NCBI GenBank assembly: GCA_963787445.1
Contig: CAWBCT010000005.1
Span: 32,001-96,000 of the forward strand
Direction of reading: 5' to 3'
Origin: an uncultured archaeon
GTDB lineage: Archaea > Micrarchaeota > Micrarchaeia > Micrarchaeales > CABMGC01
Length of the DNA stretch: 64,000 nt
The notes below the pieces were generated by a model. It had not been told where the DNA came from. It saw only the letters and a program-made list of their open reading frames with translations, and ran no database searches. The translations under genes were made by a program, and so were the position numbers. Shown piece by piece: positions 34,114 to 44,884 of this stretch (the stretch's first letter is position 1; each line of letters begins with the position of its first letter).

Positions 34114-34677
34114 ATGGCCGAATCGCTTGCCACTTTGTCCAAGGGCGCGCTCGCGGATTTGAGCGGCGTGTTCGCCCGGCTGCCCGAGGATGCGGCCAAC
34201 TCGTTAATCGAGGCCATCGTGGCCGCCAATCGCATCGTGCTGTTCGGCCTCGGCCGCGAGGGCCTGCAGATGCACGGCTTCGCGATGCGGCTGTTCCACA
34301 TGGGCCGCAACGTATCGGTTTGGGCCGACATGACGACGCCGCCCGTGGGGCCGGGCGATCTGCTGTTCGTCTCGGCCGGACCCGGCGATCTGGCGATGGC
34401 GGAAACGCTCGTGAAAATCGCGCGCAAGGCCGGGGCCAGGACGGCGCTGGTCACGGCCCAGCCCGGCGGCGGCTTGGCCAAGCTGGTCGATATCGTCACG
34501 GTGATTCCGGCGCAGACCATGGCCGACGATCGCGGCGGCAAATTGTCGGTGCTGCCGATGGGCTCGCTGTTCGAGACCGCGCAGATGATCTTCTTCGAGC
34601 TCGTCATCCTCAAGCTGCGCCCGCGCTTCGCCGAAACATCCGAGACGATGCGCGCGCGGCACACCAATCTTGAGTGA
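34114..34677 (+). CDS. SIS-domain sugar-phosphate isomerase (6-phospho-3-hexuloisomerase/HxlB-like)
   Basis: FGLGREG...FAMRLFHMG, LPMGSLFE, RARHTNLE. Confidence 0.82.
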   Translation: MAESLATLSKGALADLSGVFARLPEDAANSLIEAIVAANRIVLFGLGREGLQMHGFAMRLFHMGRNVSVWADMTTPPVGPGDLLFVSAGPGDLAMAETLVKIARKAGARTALVTAQPGGGLAKLVDIVTVIPAQTMADDRGGKLSVLPMGSLFETAQMIFFELVILKLRPRFAETSETMRARHTNLE

Positions 34678-34707
34678 AGCCACCATGTCGGCGGGGACGA
34701 AATGCCG

Positions 34708-34884
34708 TCACGCGTGCGGATAGACCCGCCGGATAGCGCCCACGATATAGACCACCGCGAACACGACCAGCAGGCCGCCGAAGATCTCCATGCCGAGATC
34801 GACCGCCCGTCCGGCGACATAGATGCCGAGCACGGCGAGCAGCGCCGCGACCAACGAAAGAATGCTGTTTGTAGAGTCCCACAT
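34708..34884 (-). CDS. 58-aa two-TM membrane protein, last gene of the cco operon (not in the ORF track)
   Basis: AAGGAAGGAG RBS right after the ccoS stop; translation MWDSTNSILSLVAALLAVLGIYVAGRAVDLGMEIFGGLLVVFAVVYIVGAIRRVYPHA with GC-rich third codon positions. Confidence 0.8.
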   Translation of the reverse strand: MWDSTNSILSLVAALLAVLGIYVAGRAVDLGMEIFGGLLVVFAVVYIVGAIRRVYPHA

Positions 34885-34898
34885 ATCGATCTCCTTCC

Positions 34899-35111
34899 TT
34901 AGTGCCGTTCAATCCTGGCCCGCACCGGCCGGGCAATTTCCTTCGGAGCCGGACGGCCGCCAGCGCCTGGGTCCTCGTCGTCGAAGAGAATGCGACTGGC
35001 GGCGCCGTCGAGATCGTCGAACTGACCCGACCGCAATGCCCACATGAAGGCCAGCAGCCCGATCAGCCCGAGCAGCAGCGCCGCGGGAATCAGATAGAGG
35101 AGGATCGTCAT
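34899..35111 (-). CDS. ccoS: cbb3 oxidase maturation protein
   Basis: MTILLYLIPAALLLG...WALRSGQFDDLDGAASRILFDD. Confidence 0.92.
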   Translation of the reverse strand: MTILLYLIPAALLLGLIGLLAFMWALRSGQFDDLDGAASRILFDDEDPGAGGRPAPKEIARPVRARIERH

Positions 35112-37516
35112 CGCGACCGCCCGCGCGCCAGGCGCAGCGCATTGACGACGACGACGATCGAGGAACTCGACATGGCGATGGCGGCGACCAGCGGCGTGAC
35201 CAGTCCCAGGATCGCCAGCGGCACGGCGCAGAGATTGTAGAACAATGCGAACGAGATGTTCTGGCGGATCAGCCGCTGACTGGCCCTCGCCACCCGCCAC
35301 GCCTCATGAACCGGCGCAAGGTCGCTTCCCTGGAATACGATATCGGCGGCGGTCTGGCTGATATCGGCGGCCGTCGAGGGCGACAGCGAGACTTCGGCGG
35401 CCGACAGGGCCGGCGCGTCGTTGATCCCGTCGCCGATCATCGCCACGCGCCGATGCTGGCCGCGCAGCTCGGCGATCCGCGCGCATTTCGCCTCCGGCGT
35501 CTGGCCCGCCTGCCACCGCCGAATGCCGGCGGCGCGCGCCACCGCTTCGACCGTGTCCGCGCGATCTCCGGACAGCAGCTCGATCACCAGGCCGGATGCG
35601 GCGAGCGTCGCGATCGTCGCTGCGGTGTCGTTGCGCAATCGGTCGGCGAAAGCGAAGCGAATGGCGGGTTGGCCCGGCCGGGCGAGCCAGAGCTCCGGTC
35701 CCGACGCGCCGAGGGCATCGTCGGCAACTCCGCAGAAATTCCGATTGCCGAGCCGGACTTCCCCTTCGGGCGTGGCCAGCGACAATCCCTGTCCGGGAAT
35801 TTCGGCGACCCCGGTGGCGGCGGGCACGCCCGGCGCCATGCGGCACAATACCCGCGCCAGGGGATGGCGGCTGGATGCGGCGAGGCTGGCGGCGGCGCGC
35901 AAATCCGCGTCGCCGGGCCGCGGTTCGACCGGCTCGAGCCGACCCTCCGTCAGCGTGCCGGTCTTGTCGAACACCATGGTGTCGATGGCGGCGAGGCGCT
36001 CGAGCGCGGTGGCGGATTTGAGCAGGATGCCCCGACGCATCAGCCGGCCGCTGGCCGCCACCTGAACCGCGGGCACCGCCAGCGCCAGGGCACAGGGGCA
36101 GGTAATGATCAGCACGGCGACGGCGTAGAGCAGCGCCTCCTGCCAGGCCGCGCCCACAATGAAGTACCAGCCGAGAAAGGTGAGCAGCGCGGTCAGATGC
36201 ACCACCGGCGCATAGGCGCGCGAGACCCGGTCGGCCAGCGCCACCCAGCGCGTGCGGCCGCGTTCCGCCGCCTCCATCAGGCGCACGATCTCGGCGAGCA
36301 GGGTTCCCTCGCCGGCCGCGGTGACGGCAATTCTGAGCGGCGCCGCGAGATTGATCATGCCGCCGAACACCGCAGCGCCCTCGGTCACCGCCACCGGCAG
36401 CGACTCGCCGGTCACTAAGCTGGCGTCGACCTCCGAGCGTCCATCGATCACAGTGCCGTCGACGCCGATCCGCTCGCCGGCAGCGACCTGGACGATGTCG
36501 CCCGCGGTCACCGACTCCGGCCGCCGGACCTCGATCCCGCCATCGGGCCGCACGACGCGCAGATCGCCGGCGCCCAGCAATATGAGCTGCTCGGCCGCCG
36601 AGCGGACGCGTCCCCGCGCCCGCAGATCGAGATAGCGGCCGATCAGCAGGAAGAAGATCAGCGCCAGGGCGGAATCGAAATAGGCCTCGGGCGCCGAGCG
36701 GATCGTCTGGAACAGGCTCATCCCGGTGGCGAGCAGGATGCCAACGGATATCGGCACATCCATGTTGGTGCGGCCGCCGCGCAAGGCACGCGCCGCCGAA
36801 CGGATGAACGGCTGCGCGGCGTAGGCGATCGCCGGCATGGCGATCAACGCCGACGCCCAATGCAGGAGATCGCGGGTGGCGGCGCCCATGCTGCCGCCGC
36901 CGAACCAGACCGAGACCGAGAGCAGCATGACGTTGCCGGCGGCGAATCCCGCCACCGTGACCGCCCGCAGCAATTGCCGCTCGGCTTGGGGGATCGCGGC
37001 GGCGAGGCAAGCAGGATCATAGGGCAGCACGCGGAAACCCAACCGGGTCAGCTTGCCCACCAGCGCCGGCGCCTCGGCCGCCGCGCCACGCCAGCGCAAC
37101 CGCAGCCGGTGAGTGGTCATGTTGACGCGGCCCTCGATCACGGCGGGTTCACGCGCCAGCACGGTCTCGATCAGCCACACGCAGGCGGCGCATTGCAAGC
37201 CGTCGACCATGAGATTGAGAGTCGCGATGCCGGTCTTGGCGTCGGTGGCGACATAATTCGCATAGCCGATCTCGGCGGCTTCTTCGTCGGGTTTCAGGGG
37301 CCGGAGTTTGGGATCGAGGACACGACGCGCATAGAAGGCGTCGAGCCCCAGCCCCTCGATCATCGCGTGCGCGGCGGCGCAGCCCGCGCAACAATAAGCG
37401 CCCTCACTCCCCGTTCCCAGCGCGCTGCCGCAATGAATGCAGCACCCGTCTTCGCCGGTCCGCGCGCGATCGGGCGGCGTGGCGTCGAGCGTCAGGACGG
37501 AGTCGAATGGGCTCAC
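35108..37516 (-). CDS. ccoI: Cu-translocating P1B ATPase (FixI)
   Basis: CIHC...CCAGC, CAAC, TGES, CPC, DKTGTLT, GDGINDAP. Confidence 0.93.
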   Translation of the reverse strand: MSPFDSVLTLDATPPDRARTGEDGCCIHCGSALGTGSEGAYCCAGCAAAHAMIEGLGLDAFYARRVLDPKLRPLKPDEEAAEIGYANYVATDAKTGIATLNLMVDGLQCAACVWLIETVLAREPAVIEGRVNMTTHRLRLRWRGAAAEAPALVGKLTRLGFRVLPYDPACLAAAIPQAERQLLRAVTVAGFAAGNVMLLSVSVWFGGGSMGAATRDLLHWASALIAMPAIAYAAQPFIRSAARALRGGRTNMDVPISVGILLATGMSLFQTIRSAPEAYFDSALALIFFLLIGRYLDLRARGRVRSAAEQLILLGAGDLRVVRPDGGIEVRRPESVTAGDIVQVAAGERIGVDGTVIDGRSEVDASLVTGESLPVAVTEGAAVFGGMINLAAPLRIAVTAAGEGTLLAEIVRLMEAAERGRTRWVALADRVSRAYAPVVHLTALLTFLGWYFIVGAAWQEALLYAVAVLIITCPCALALAVPAVQVAASGRLMRRGILLKSATALERLAAIDTMVFDKTGTLTEGRLEPVEPRPGDADLRAAASLAASSRHPLARVLCRMAPGVPAATGVAEIPGQGLSLATPEGEVRLGNRNFCGVADDALGASGPELWLARPGQPAIRFAFADRLRNDTAATIATLAASGLVIELLSGDRADTVEAVARAAGIRRWQAGQTPEAKCARIAELRGQHRRVAMIGDGINDAPALSAAEVSLSPSTAADISQTAADIVFQGSDLAPVHEAWRVARASQRLIRQNISFALFYNLCAVPLAILGLVTPLVAAIAMSSSSIVVVVNALRLARGRSR

Positions 37517-38034
37517 TTCGGCGGCACCACGATCCGTTGCCCGCCATGCATCACGTCACCATCGCGCTTGGCCGAAAGATAGATGTCCCACTGCCCGGCG
37601 CGCGGCACGCTCACGGACGCGATATACATGCCCTGCCCTTGGGCTACGAATTCCACGGGAATTTGAGCCATTTGCTCGACCGGGCGAATGATTTCCCCGG
37701 TCACCGTGGCGCCGTCGACCGGAGCGCCGCCGGCGTCGCGCAGGGTAATCTCCACCTTGCCACCGACGGCCGGCACGGGATGGAAGGCGATATCCAGGTG
37801 CCAGCCCAGCTTGGCTTCTTTCTCCTCCTGGTCGATCACGCGGTTGTAGGCGATGCCTTCGTTGTAGGCATGATCGGTCGTCAGGCCCGGCCAGCTTTTT
37901 GCCGCGAAGAAGACCAACCCGCCATTCACGGCCACCACCAGCAACATGCCGCCGATGAACGCCCAGGGGATCCAGCGGTAGCTGGGTTTGCGGCGGAGAT
38001 CGTCCGAAAATGCGACGTACTGGGTCATGATCAC
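37513..38034 (-). CDS. ccoH: FixH family protein
   Basis: WIPWAFIGGMLLVVAVN...SWPGLTTDHAYNEGIAYN; operon position. Confidence 0.88.
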   Translation of the reverse strand: MIMTQYVAFSDDLRRKPSYRWIPWAFIGGMLLVVAVNGGLVFFAAKSWPGLTTDHAYNEGIAYNRVIDQEEKEAKLGWHLDIAFHPVPAVGGKVEITLRDAGGAPVDGATVTGEIIRPVEQMAQIPVEFVAQGQGMYIASVSVPRAGQWDIYLSAKRDGDVMHGGQRIVVPPK

Positions 38035-39572
38035 TGAATCCGGATTCGGTTGCGGGTGCGATGAAGATCGATTTCGTGTTCGGCGCTCTCGCCGCTGGCA
38101 CGATCGCGCGTCACGAAGGCGATCGAGGTCTCGGCATTGCGGCCCTCGAGGTGAGTGTCGTGCCCGCGTCCGAGTTCGTCATGTGGGACGGTCACATACA
38201 TCCGGTACGAGACGACTCCGTCGGCCGGCGCGGACACCGTCAGCGTATCGGTCTGGCTGCCGGTCCGATCCAGCCCGACCGCGTTGACGCGATAGGCCGA
38301 AAGACCCTTGATGCTCAAGTCGTAGGTCCGAGGTTCGTGGGTCTTGTTGAGGACGCGGATGGTGTAGCCGTTGCGGATATCGCCGCCCGACATCGATACG
38401 AATAGCGGATTGCGCTCGTGCAGGACGGTGACGTCGATATGCGAGCGCAGCAACAGCGCCGCCAACATGATCGCGCCGACCAGGACCAACACGCAGGCGT
38501 AGATGATGGTGCGCGGCCTCACCAGGTGCCACGCCGCCTTGCAGCCGGCCGCCTCGGCCGCCTGGTTGGCGAAGGTGTCGAAGGTGATCAGGTTGCGCGG
38601 CCGGCCGATCTGCGTCATCACCGTGTTGCAGGCGTCGATGCACAGGCCGCAGCCGATGCATTCAAGCTGCGAGCCGTCGCGGATGTCGATGCCGGTGGGA
38701 CAGACCGCGACGCATTTGCCGCAGTCGATGCAGTCGCCGCGATGTTCATGGGCGGCGGCGCCTTTCAGCTTGCCGCGCGGTTCGCCGCGCCAGTTCTCGT
38801 AGGTGACGATCAGCGACTGTTCGTCGAGCATCGCCGATTGGAAGCGCGGCCAGGGGCACATATAGGTGCAGACCTGCTCGCGCGCCCAGCCGGCGAGCAG
38901 ATAGGTGGTCGTGGTGAACAGGCCGATGAAGAAATAGGTCGTCACCGCGGCCTGGCCGGTGAAGATGCGCACGAAGCCGGTGGGCGCGTCCTGGAAATAG
39001 AAAACCCAGGCCCCGCCGGTTGCCGCGGCGATGATCAGCCAGGCGCTATGCTTCGCGGTCCGCTTGAGGAGTTTCGAACCGGAAAGCGGCGCCTTGTCGA
39101 GACGGATGCGCGCATTGCGGTCGCCCTCGATCAGCCGCTCGACCAGCATGAACAGGTCGGTCCAGACGGTCTGCGGGCAGGCGTAGCCGCACCATACCCG
39201 GCCGAATAGGCTGGTGACCAGGAACAAGCCGATCGCGGCCAGGATCAGCAGGCCGGTGACGAAATAGATCTGCTGCGGCCAGATTTCGAGATTGAACAGA
39301 TAGGCGCGCTGATGCGGCAGGTCGATCAGCAGCGCCTGGTGCGGCGCGTTCGGGCCGCGGTCCCAGCGCACCCAGGGCATGAAATAGTAGACGGCGAGGC
39401 ACAGCGCGAGGACCGCCCACTTGATTCGCCGGAAGGTGCCGTCGATGCGCTGCGGATGGACCTTGATCCGGCTGGCGTAGAGCGGCGTCGCCTCGCGCTG
39501 AGCGCGTACCGAGACGATGGCTTCGTCGTCGGCGTCGCTATGTCCGCGAGGCAAGTCCTCCAACACTCCCAT
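38031..39572 (-). CDS. ccoG: 4Fe-4S cbb3 accessory protein (FixG)
   Basis: WCGYACPQT, CTYMCPWP, CIDCGKCVAVCP, CIGCGLCIDAC. Confidence 0.93.
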   Translation of the reverse strand: MGVLEDLPRGHSDADDEAIVSVRAQREATPLYASRIKVHPQRIDGTFRRIKWAVLALCLAVYYFMPWVRWDRGPNAPHQALLIDLPHQRAYLFNLEIWPQQIYFVTGLLILAAIGLFLVTSLFGRVWCGYACPQTVWTDLFMLVERLIEGDRNARIRLDKAPLSGSKLLKRTAKHSAWLIIAAATGGAWVFYFQDAPTGFVRIFTGQAAVTTYFFIGLFTTTTYLLAGWAREQVCTYMCPWPRFQSAMLDEQSLIVTYENWRGEPRGKLKGAAAHEHRGDCIDCGKCVAVCPTGIDIRDGSQLECIGCGLCIDACNTVMTQIGRPRNLITFDTFANQAAEAAGCKAAWHLVRPRTIIYACVLVLVGAIMLAALLLRSHIDVTVLHERNPLFVSMSGGDIRNGYTIRVLNKTHEPRTYDLSIKGLSAYRVNAVGLDRTGSQTDTLTVSAPADGVVSYRMYVTVPHDELGRGHDTHLEGRNAETSIAFVTRDRASGESAEHEIDLHRTRNRIRIQ

Positions 39573-39584
39573 GAGGTTCCGGCA

Positions 39585-40454
39585 CTATTTGCCGCCTCCC
39601 AGCGAGTGGACATAGACCGCCAGCATCTTGACGGTGGCGTCGTCGAACCGTTCCGACCAGGCGGGCATGCCCGAGTTGCGTGCGTAGGTGACGGTTTCGA
39701 CGATGGTGGCCTTGTCGCCGCCATAGAGCCAGATGCCATTGTTCAACTGTTTGGCGCCGACCTCGATATTGCCCTGCCCCTTTTCGCCGTGGCACGCGGC
39801 GCAGTTGTCGGCGAACACCTTGGCGCCGCGCTCGGCGGCGGCGGCGTCCGTCGATTTCTTGGTCAGCGACAGGACGAACTCGGCGACGTCGTTGATCTGA
39901 TCGGCCGTGAGGATCTTATCGACGCCGAAGCGCGGCATCGCCGACTGATGCGACTTGTCGTTGCTGTTGCGAATGCCGAAGGCGACCGTCTGGTAGATCT
40001 GATCCAGCGTGCCGCCCCACAGCCAATCGTCGTCGGCGAGGTTGGGGAAGCCCTTCGCGCCGGCACCGCCCGGTCCGTGGCAGGCCGCGCAATTCTCGGC
40101 GAAGATCGCCTTGCCGCCGCCCAGCGCGAAATTCAGGAGATTCGAATCCTTCTCGATATCGGCCAACGCGGACGATTTGATCTTGTCGACCATCGGCGCG
40201 CGGCGGGCATTTTCGGCGGCGACCTTCTCCTCGAGGCCGACGCGGGTCGAATAACCGAGCAACCCGTGGAAATAGCCGGAGAGGCCCGGCCAGGACGGGA
40301 ACAGGACGGAATAGACGATGGCGAACAGGATGCAGGCATAGAACACCTGCAGCCACCATTTCGGCAGCGGCGTGTCGAGCTCCCTGATGCCGTCCCATTC
40401 GTGGCCGCGGATTTCCGTGCCCGAAATGGCATCCTTCTCGATCTTGGTCGGCAT
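39585..40454 (-). CDS. ccoP: cbb3 oxidase subunit III (dihaem c)
   Basis: [18 protein letters not shown]; two CAACH motifs. Confidence 0.95.
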   Translation of the reverse strand: MPTKIEKDAISGTEIRGHEWDGIRELDTPLPKWWLQVFYACILFAIVYSVLFPSWPGLSGYFHGLLGYSTRVGLEEKVAAENARRAPMVDKIKSSALADIEKDSNLLNFALGGGKAIFAENCAACHGPGGAGAKGFPNLADDDWLWGGTLDQIYQTVAFGIRNSNDKSHQSAMPRFGVDKILTADQINDVAEFVLSLTKKSTDAAAAERGAKVFADNCAACHGEKGQGNIEVGAKQLNNGIWLYGGDKATIVETVTYARNSGMPAWSERFDDATVKMLAVYVHSLGGGK

Positions 40455-40467
40455 GGGTGCGCCTTTC

Positions 40468-40620
40468 CTACTCGTCGTTGCGCAGTGGAATCTGGGCGTC
40501 GCGTTCGAACCGCGCCCGCGACTTGGGCCAATAGGCCCAGGCGGCGATGCCGATGAAAACCAGGACCACCACCACCGTCACGATGGGAGCGACCTGCGTG
40601 TAATAGGTCATCGTGTCCAC
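40468..40620 (-). CDS. ccoQ: cbb3 oxidase subunit IV (not in the ORF track)
   Basis: Manual translation [50 protein letters not shown], located between ccoO and ccoP. Confidence 0.88.
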   Translation of the reverse strand: MDTMTYYTQVAPIVTVVVVLVFIGIAAWAYWPKSRARFERDAQIPLRNDE

Positions 40621-40629
40621 GGCCGGCTC

Positions 40630-41353
40630 CTATTGTTGCAAGTCTTTGGCGGTGTAGTCGTTGAAGTTGATCAGGGTGCCCAGCATCTGCAGGTAGGCGA
40701 CCAGGGCATCCATTTCGGTGGCGTGCGCGGGATCGCCGGTGGCCGTGCCGATCACCGCCTTGGGATAGCGGCCGATCAGGCCCTTCGAATTCGGCGTCCG
40801 GATTGAGCTGCGCTTCGACATCGGCCTTGGCATTGGCGATCATATCGTCGGAATACGGAACGCCGACGGCACGCAACGTGCGCAGATGCTCGGCGATATC
40901 GGCATAGTCGAGCGGCGTCTCGGCCAGGAAGGCGTAGCGCGGCATGATCGATTCCGGGACGACCGAACGCGGATCGGCCAGATGCGCCACCTGCCAGGCG
41001 CTGGTGAATTTGCCGCCGACGCGGGCCAGATCGGGCCCGTTGCGCTTCGAACCCCATTGGAAGGGGTGATCGAACATGCTCTCGGCGGCCAAGCTATAGT
41101 GGCCGTAGCGCTCGACCTCGTCGCGGAACGGGCGGATCTGCTGGCTGTGGCACAGGTAGCAGCCCTCGCGGATGTAAATGTCGCGGCCGGCGAGTTCGAG
41201 CGGAGAATAGGGCCGCATGCCCTTCACCTTCTCGATGGTCGATTCGATGGTGAACAGCGGAACGATCTGCACCAGACCGCCGATGGCGACAACCACCAGG
41301 GCCAGCACGGCGAGGAGCGTGACGTTCTTTTCGATGGTTTCGTGGCGAATCAT
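40630..41353 (-). CDS. ccoO: cbb3 oxidase subunit II (frameshift ~40790)
   Basis: [28 protein letters not shown]; tail [15 protein letters not shown] in the next frame. Confidence 0.93.
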
Positions 41354-41363
41354 GATCGCGCCC

Positions 41364-42841
41364 TCACTCTGCCGCGCCGGCGACCGCCGGCCTCGGACGG
41401 CCCACCTCGCTATCGGACACCGGGGCGCTGCCGATCGTGCGCACCAGGTTGTAGATCATGATCAGCATGCCGGAGAAGAACAGGATGCCGCCCAGCGCGC
41501 GGATGATGTAGAAGGGATGCATCGCCGCCACCGTCTCGACGAACGAATATTGCAGGAAGCCGAGATTGTCGTAGGCGCGCCACATCAGCCCTTGCATGAT
41601 CCCGGACACCCACATCGAGGTGATGTAGAGCACGATGCCCATGGTGGCGATCCAGTAGTGCCAGGCCACCAGGCGGAGCGAATAGAGCTGCGAGCGTTTC
41701 CACAGCACCGGACAGAGATGGTAGGCGCGCCGAAGACGATGAAGGCGACCCAGCCGAGCACGCCGGAATGGACATGGCCGATGGTCCAGTCGGTGTAGTG
41801 GCTGAGCGCATTGACCGGGCGGATCGACATGACCGGGCCTTCGAAGGTCGACATGCCGTAGAAGCCGACCGCGGTGACCATGAAACGCAGCACCGGGTCG
41901 TAGCGCAGCTTTTCCCAGGCGCCGGAGAGCGTCATCAGGCCGTTGATCATGCCGCCCCATGACGGCATCCACAGCATGACCGAGAAGATCATCCCCAGCG
42001 TCTGGGTCCAGTCCGGCAGCGCCGTGTAGTGCAAATGGTGCGGGCCGGCCCAGATGTAGAGGAAGATCAGCGACCAGAAATGGACGATCGACAACCGGTA
42101 GGAATAGATCGGCCGCTCGGCGCGCTTGGGCACGAAGTAATACATCATGCCGAGGAAACCGGCGGTGAGGAAGAAGCCGACGGCGTTATGGCCGTACCAC
42201 CATTGCACCATCGCGTCCTGCACGCCGGAAAAGATCGGATAGCTCTTGGTGCCGAACCACGACACCGGTAGCGTCAGGTCGTTGACGATATGCAGCACGG
42301 CGATCGTCATGATGAAGGACAGGTAGAACCAGTTGGCGACATAGATATGCGGTTCGCGGCGCTTCATGATCGTGCCGAAGAAGGCGACGAAGTAGAGCAC
42401 CCAGATCAGGGTCAGCCATAGGTCGGTGTACCATTCGGGCTCGGCATATTCCTTCGACTTGGTGATGCCGAGCACATAGCCCGACGCGGCGAGCACGATG
42501 AACAGCTGGTAGCCCCAGAAGATGAACGCGCCAAGCGCCTCGCCGCCGAACAGACGGGCGCGGCAGGTGCGCTGGACGACGAAGAAGGAGGTGCCGAGCA
42601 GCGCATTGCCGCCGAAGGCGAAGATGCCCGCCGAGGTGTGCACCGGCCGCAGCCGCGCCCAGTTGAACCAGGGTTCGATATTGAGATGGGGAAAGGCGAG
42701 CTCGAGCGCGATATAAACGCCGACGAGAAAGGCAATCAGCCCCCAAAAGATGGTCGCCAGCATGAAGGCGCAAATCACATCGTCGGCATAGGGCTCCGCC
42801 GGCCGCGCCGCGGCCATCGTCATCGTGCCGGTTTCCGCCAT
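41364..42841 (-). CDS. ccoN: cbb3 oxidase subunit I (frameshift ~41725)
   Basis: [37 protein letters not shown]; C-terminus continues in ORF 41364..41972. Confidence 0.95.
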
Positions 42842-42961
42842 GAAACACCCCCGTGCCGCGTGGACATAATTTCCGCCAATCCGACTTGACCACATCCGCC
42901 TACGGACGGGACGGTGCACCAAATCGACCGAGGCAGGATGGCGGATGGCTTAAGTCCGGCA

Positions 42962-42975
42962 TTGATCTAAATCAA
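42962..42975. promoter_or_regulatory. FNR/FixK box between divergent ccoN and DUF2189 genes
   Basis: TTGAT-CTAA-ATCAA, a perfect consensus match. Confidence 0.92.
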
Positions 42976-43066
42976 AGTGTCATCTCCGGCACGAGACGAC
43001 TTTATCGTTGATATTGAAAAAACTACCGCCCACGAAGGCGCGGCATAATTCGACCGGGAGGAACGC

Positions 43067-43841
43067 GTGAGCGAAGCGATCGAGGTGTTTCCGACGCCAA
43101 GTCCGAAAGTCCGAACTCGTGCCGATGGACCGGCCATGGGTTTGGCTTGCGGAAGGGTGGCGCGATCTGGTCCGCGCCCCCAGGGTCAGTTTGGCCTACG
43201 GCGTGGTGCTGGTGGTCCTGAGCTTCGTCATCACGCTGGGCTTCTACCTGGCCGACGCGCTCTATCTCCTGTTGCCGGCGACCGCGGGCTTCATGCTCGT
43301 CGCGCCGATCCTGGCGGTGGGCCTTTACGAGACCAGCCGACGGCTGGCGACCGGCGAGCCCATCTCGCTGGGCATCGCGATCGGCGCATGGCGGCGCAAC
43401 ACCAGTCAGATCGTGGCCTTCGGTCTGATCCTGATGCTGGCGCATCTATTCTGGATTCGCGTGGCGATGCTGCTTTATCCGCTGTTCTTCACCGGCGGCT
43501 ACCCGGCATCCAGCGACCTGATCTCGGTGGTGTTCTTTTCGCCGGTCAGCCTGCCCTTCCTGATCGTCGGCACGATCATCGGCGCCGGCCTCGCGGCATT
43601 GGTGTTCGCGGTCTCGGCCGTGTCGATCCCCATGCTGGTCGACCGCGAAGTCGGCGCGATCTCGGCCATCGCCACCAGCGTCGTGGCGGTGCGCGCCAAT
43701 CTCCGCGCGATGATGCTGTGGGCGGCGTTGATCGTGGGCTTCACCGCGCTGGGGCTGGCGCTGCTTTATGTCGGGCTGGCGGTCACGCTGCCGTTGATCG
43801 CCCATGCCAGTTGGCACTGCTACAAGGATTTGGTGGAATAG
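43067..43841 (+). CDS. DUF2189 integral membrane protein (probable frameshift ~43117)
   Basis: GGGAGG RBS then GTG; DRPWVWLAEGWRDL, GLYETSRR, PLIAHASWHCYKDLV. Confidence 0.82.
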
Positions 43842-43847
43842 CGCGGC

Positions 43848-44649
43848 TCAGCCGAGGGCCCGCAGGGCCAGGAATCCGAGAAAGCCCGCATTGCCCAGCA
43901 TGAGCGGGATACCGATGGCGCGCGCGGCACGAGGCGCGCGGCGGCCAAAGAACACGCCGATATGGCCGACCAGGACCAGGCTGGGCACCGTTCCCAGCAC
44001 GAAGGCGGCCATGGCCATCGCGCCGCGCCAGGGTCCGCCGCTGCCCGCCGCCGCGCCGAGCGCTCCCCAAAGCAGGCCGCACGGCAGGAATCCGAGCAGG
44101 ACGCCCAGGGCATAGCCGCGCCAGCCGCCGGGTCGCGCCAGCAAGGGCCGAACCAGGCGGGTGAGCGGCGCCGCCAGCGGATTGGCGCCGCGTCCGGTCG
44201 CCAGGCCGATCCGGCGCAAGAACTCCCGACAGGCCTTGGGCGAGGAACACCAAGGCGGCGATGCCGAGCAGCAGGGCGGGCAGCCAGCGATAGCCGCTGA
44301 CGAAGACCGCCAGGCCGGTCGCTCCGCCGACCAGCGCGCCGAGGCCGACATAGGTGGTGAAGCGGCCCAGATGGTAGGGCAGCAGGAAGGCGCGGACGAG
44401 CCGCCGCCCTTCGCCGAGTCCGGGCCGGTTCAGCGTGGCACTGTCGGCGCTGACCTGGGCGAGGACAAACGGCCCGCACATGCCGGCGCAATGGGTGAGG
44501 CCGCCCAGCAATCCCGCCATGAACAGGATCGGCGCCGCGCCGGCGACGCCCAGCCAATGGCTCAGTCCGACCAGCCAGGGATGCGACGAGCAATAGGCGT
44601 TCAAGACGTCGATCACGATCCCGCCCTCAGGAAACCCGAAAACCGCCAA
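43848..44649 (-). CDS. DsbD_2/TauE-like cbb3-associated membrane protein (frameshift ~44225)
   Basis: HCAGMCGPF, YHLGRFTTY, GFLPCGLL, FVLGTVP. Confidence 0.85.
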
Positions 44650-44688
44650 CAGGAATTGACGATATAGGGTCGCGCGGCAGGGACCTCA

Positions 44689-44702
44689 TTGATTTTCGTC
44701 AA
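44689..44702. promoter_or_regulatory. FNR/FixK box upstream of the DsbD_2-like gene
   Basis: TTGAT-TTTC-GTCAA. Confidence 0.75.
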
Positions 44703-44795
44703 CGCGGTACTGGACGACGGGACCCCGCCGCGGCGGTTCCTTGCCAAGGCGGGAGGAGCCCGGGCCCGGGGCGCGATCGTTGAACCGCTCCAAGT

Positions 44796-44809
44796 TTGAC
44801 TTCGATCAA
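44796..44809. promoter_or_regulatory. FNR/FixK box upstream of the 2OG-Fe(II) oxygenase pair
   Basis: TTGAC-TTCG-ATCAA. Confidence 0.72.
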
Positions 44810-44884
44810 TGCCCTGACGACCGATCGGTGCGAATAGCCGGATGTGCAATTCAAGAAATCGCTTTCTCGAATCGATCGTTGCTT

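Noticed and set aside
40630-42841. Pseudogenes or programmed frameshifting in ccoN/ccoO and other genes
   Set aside because: Indels are scattered without slippery heptamers, and the motifs are otherwise intact; they fit read error.
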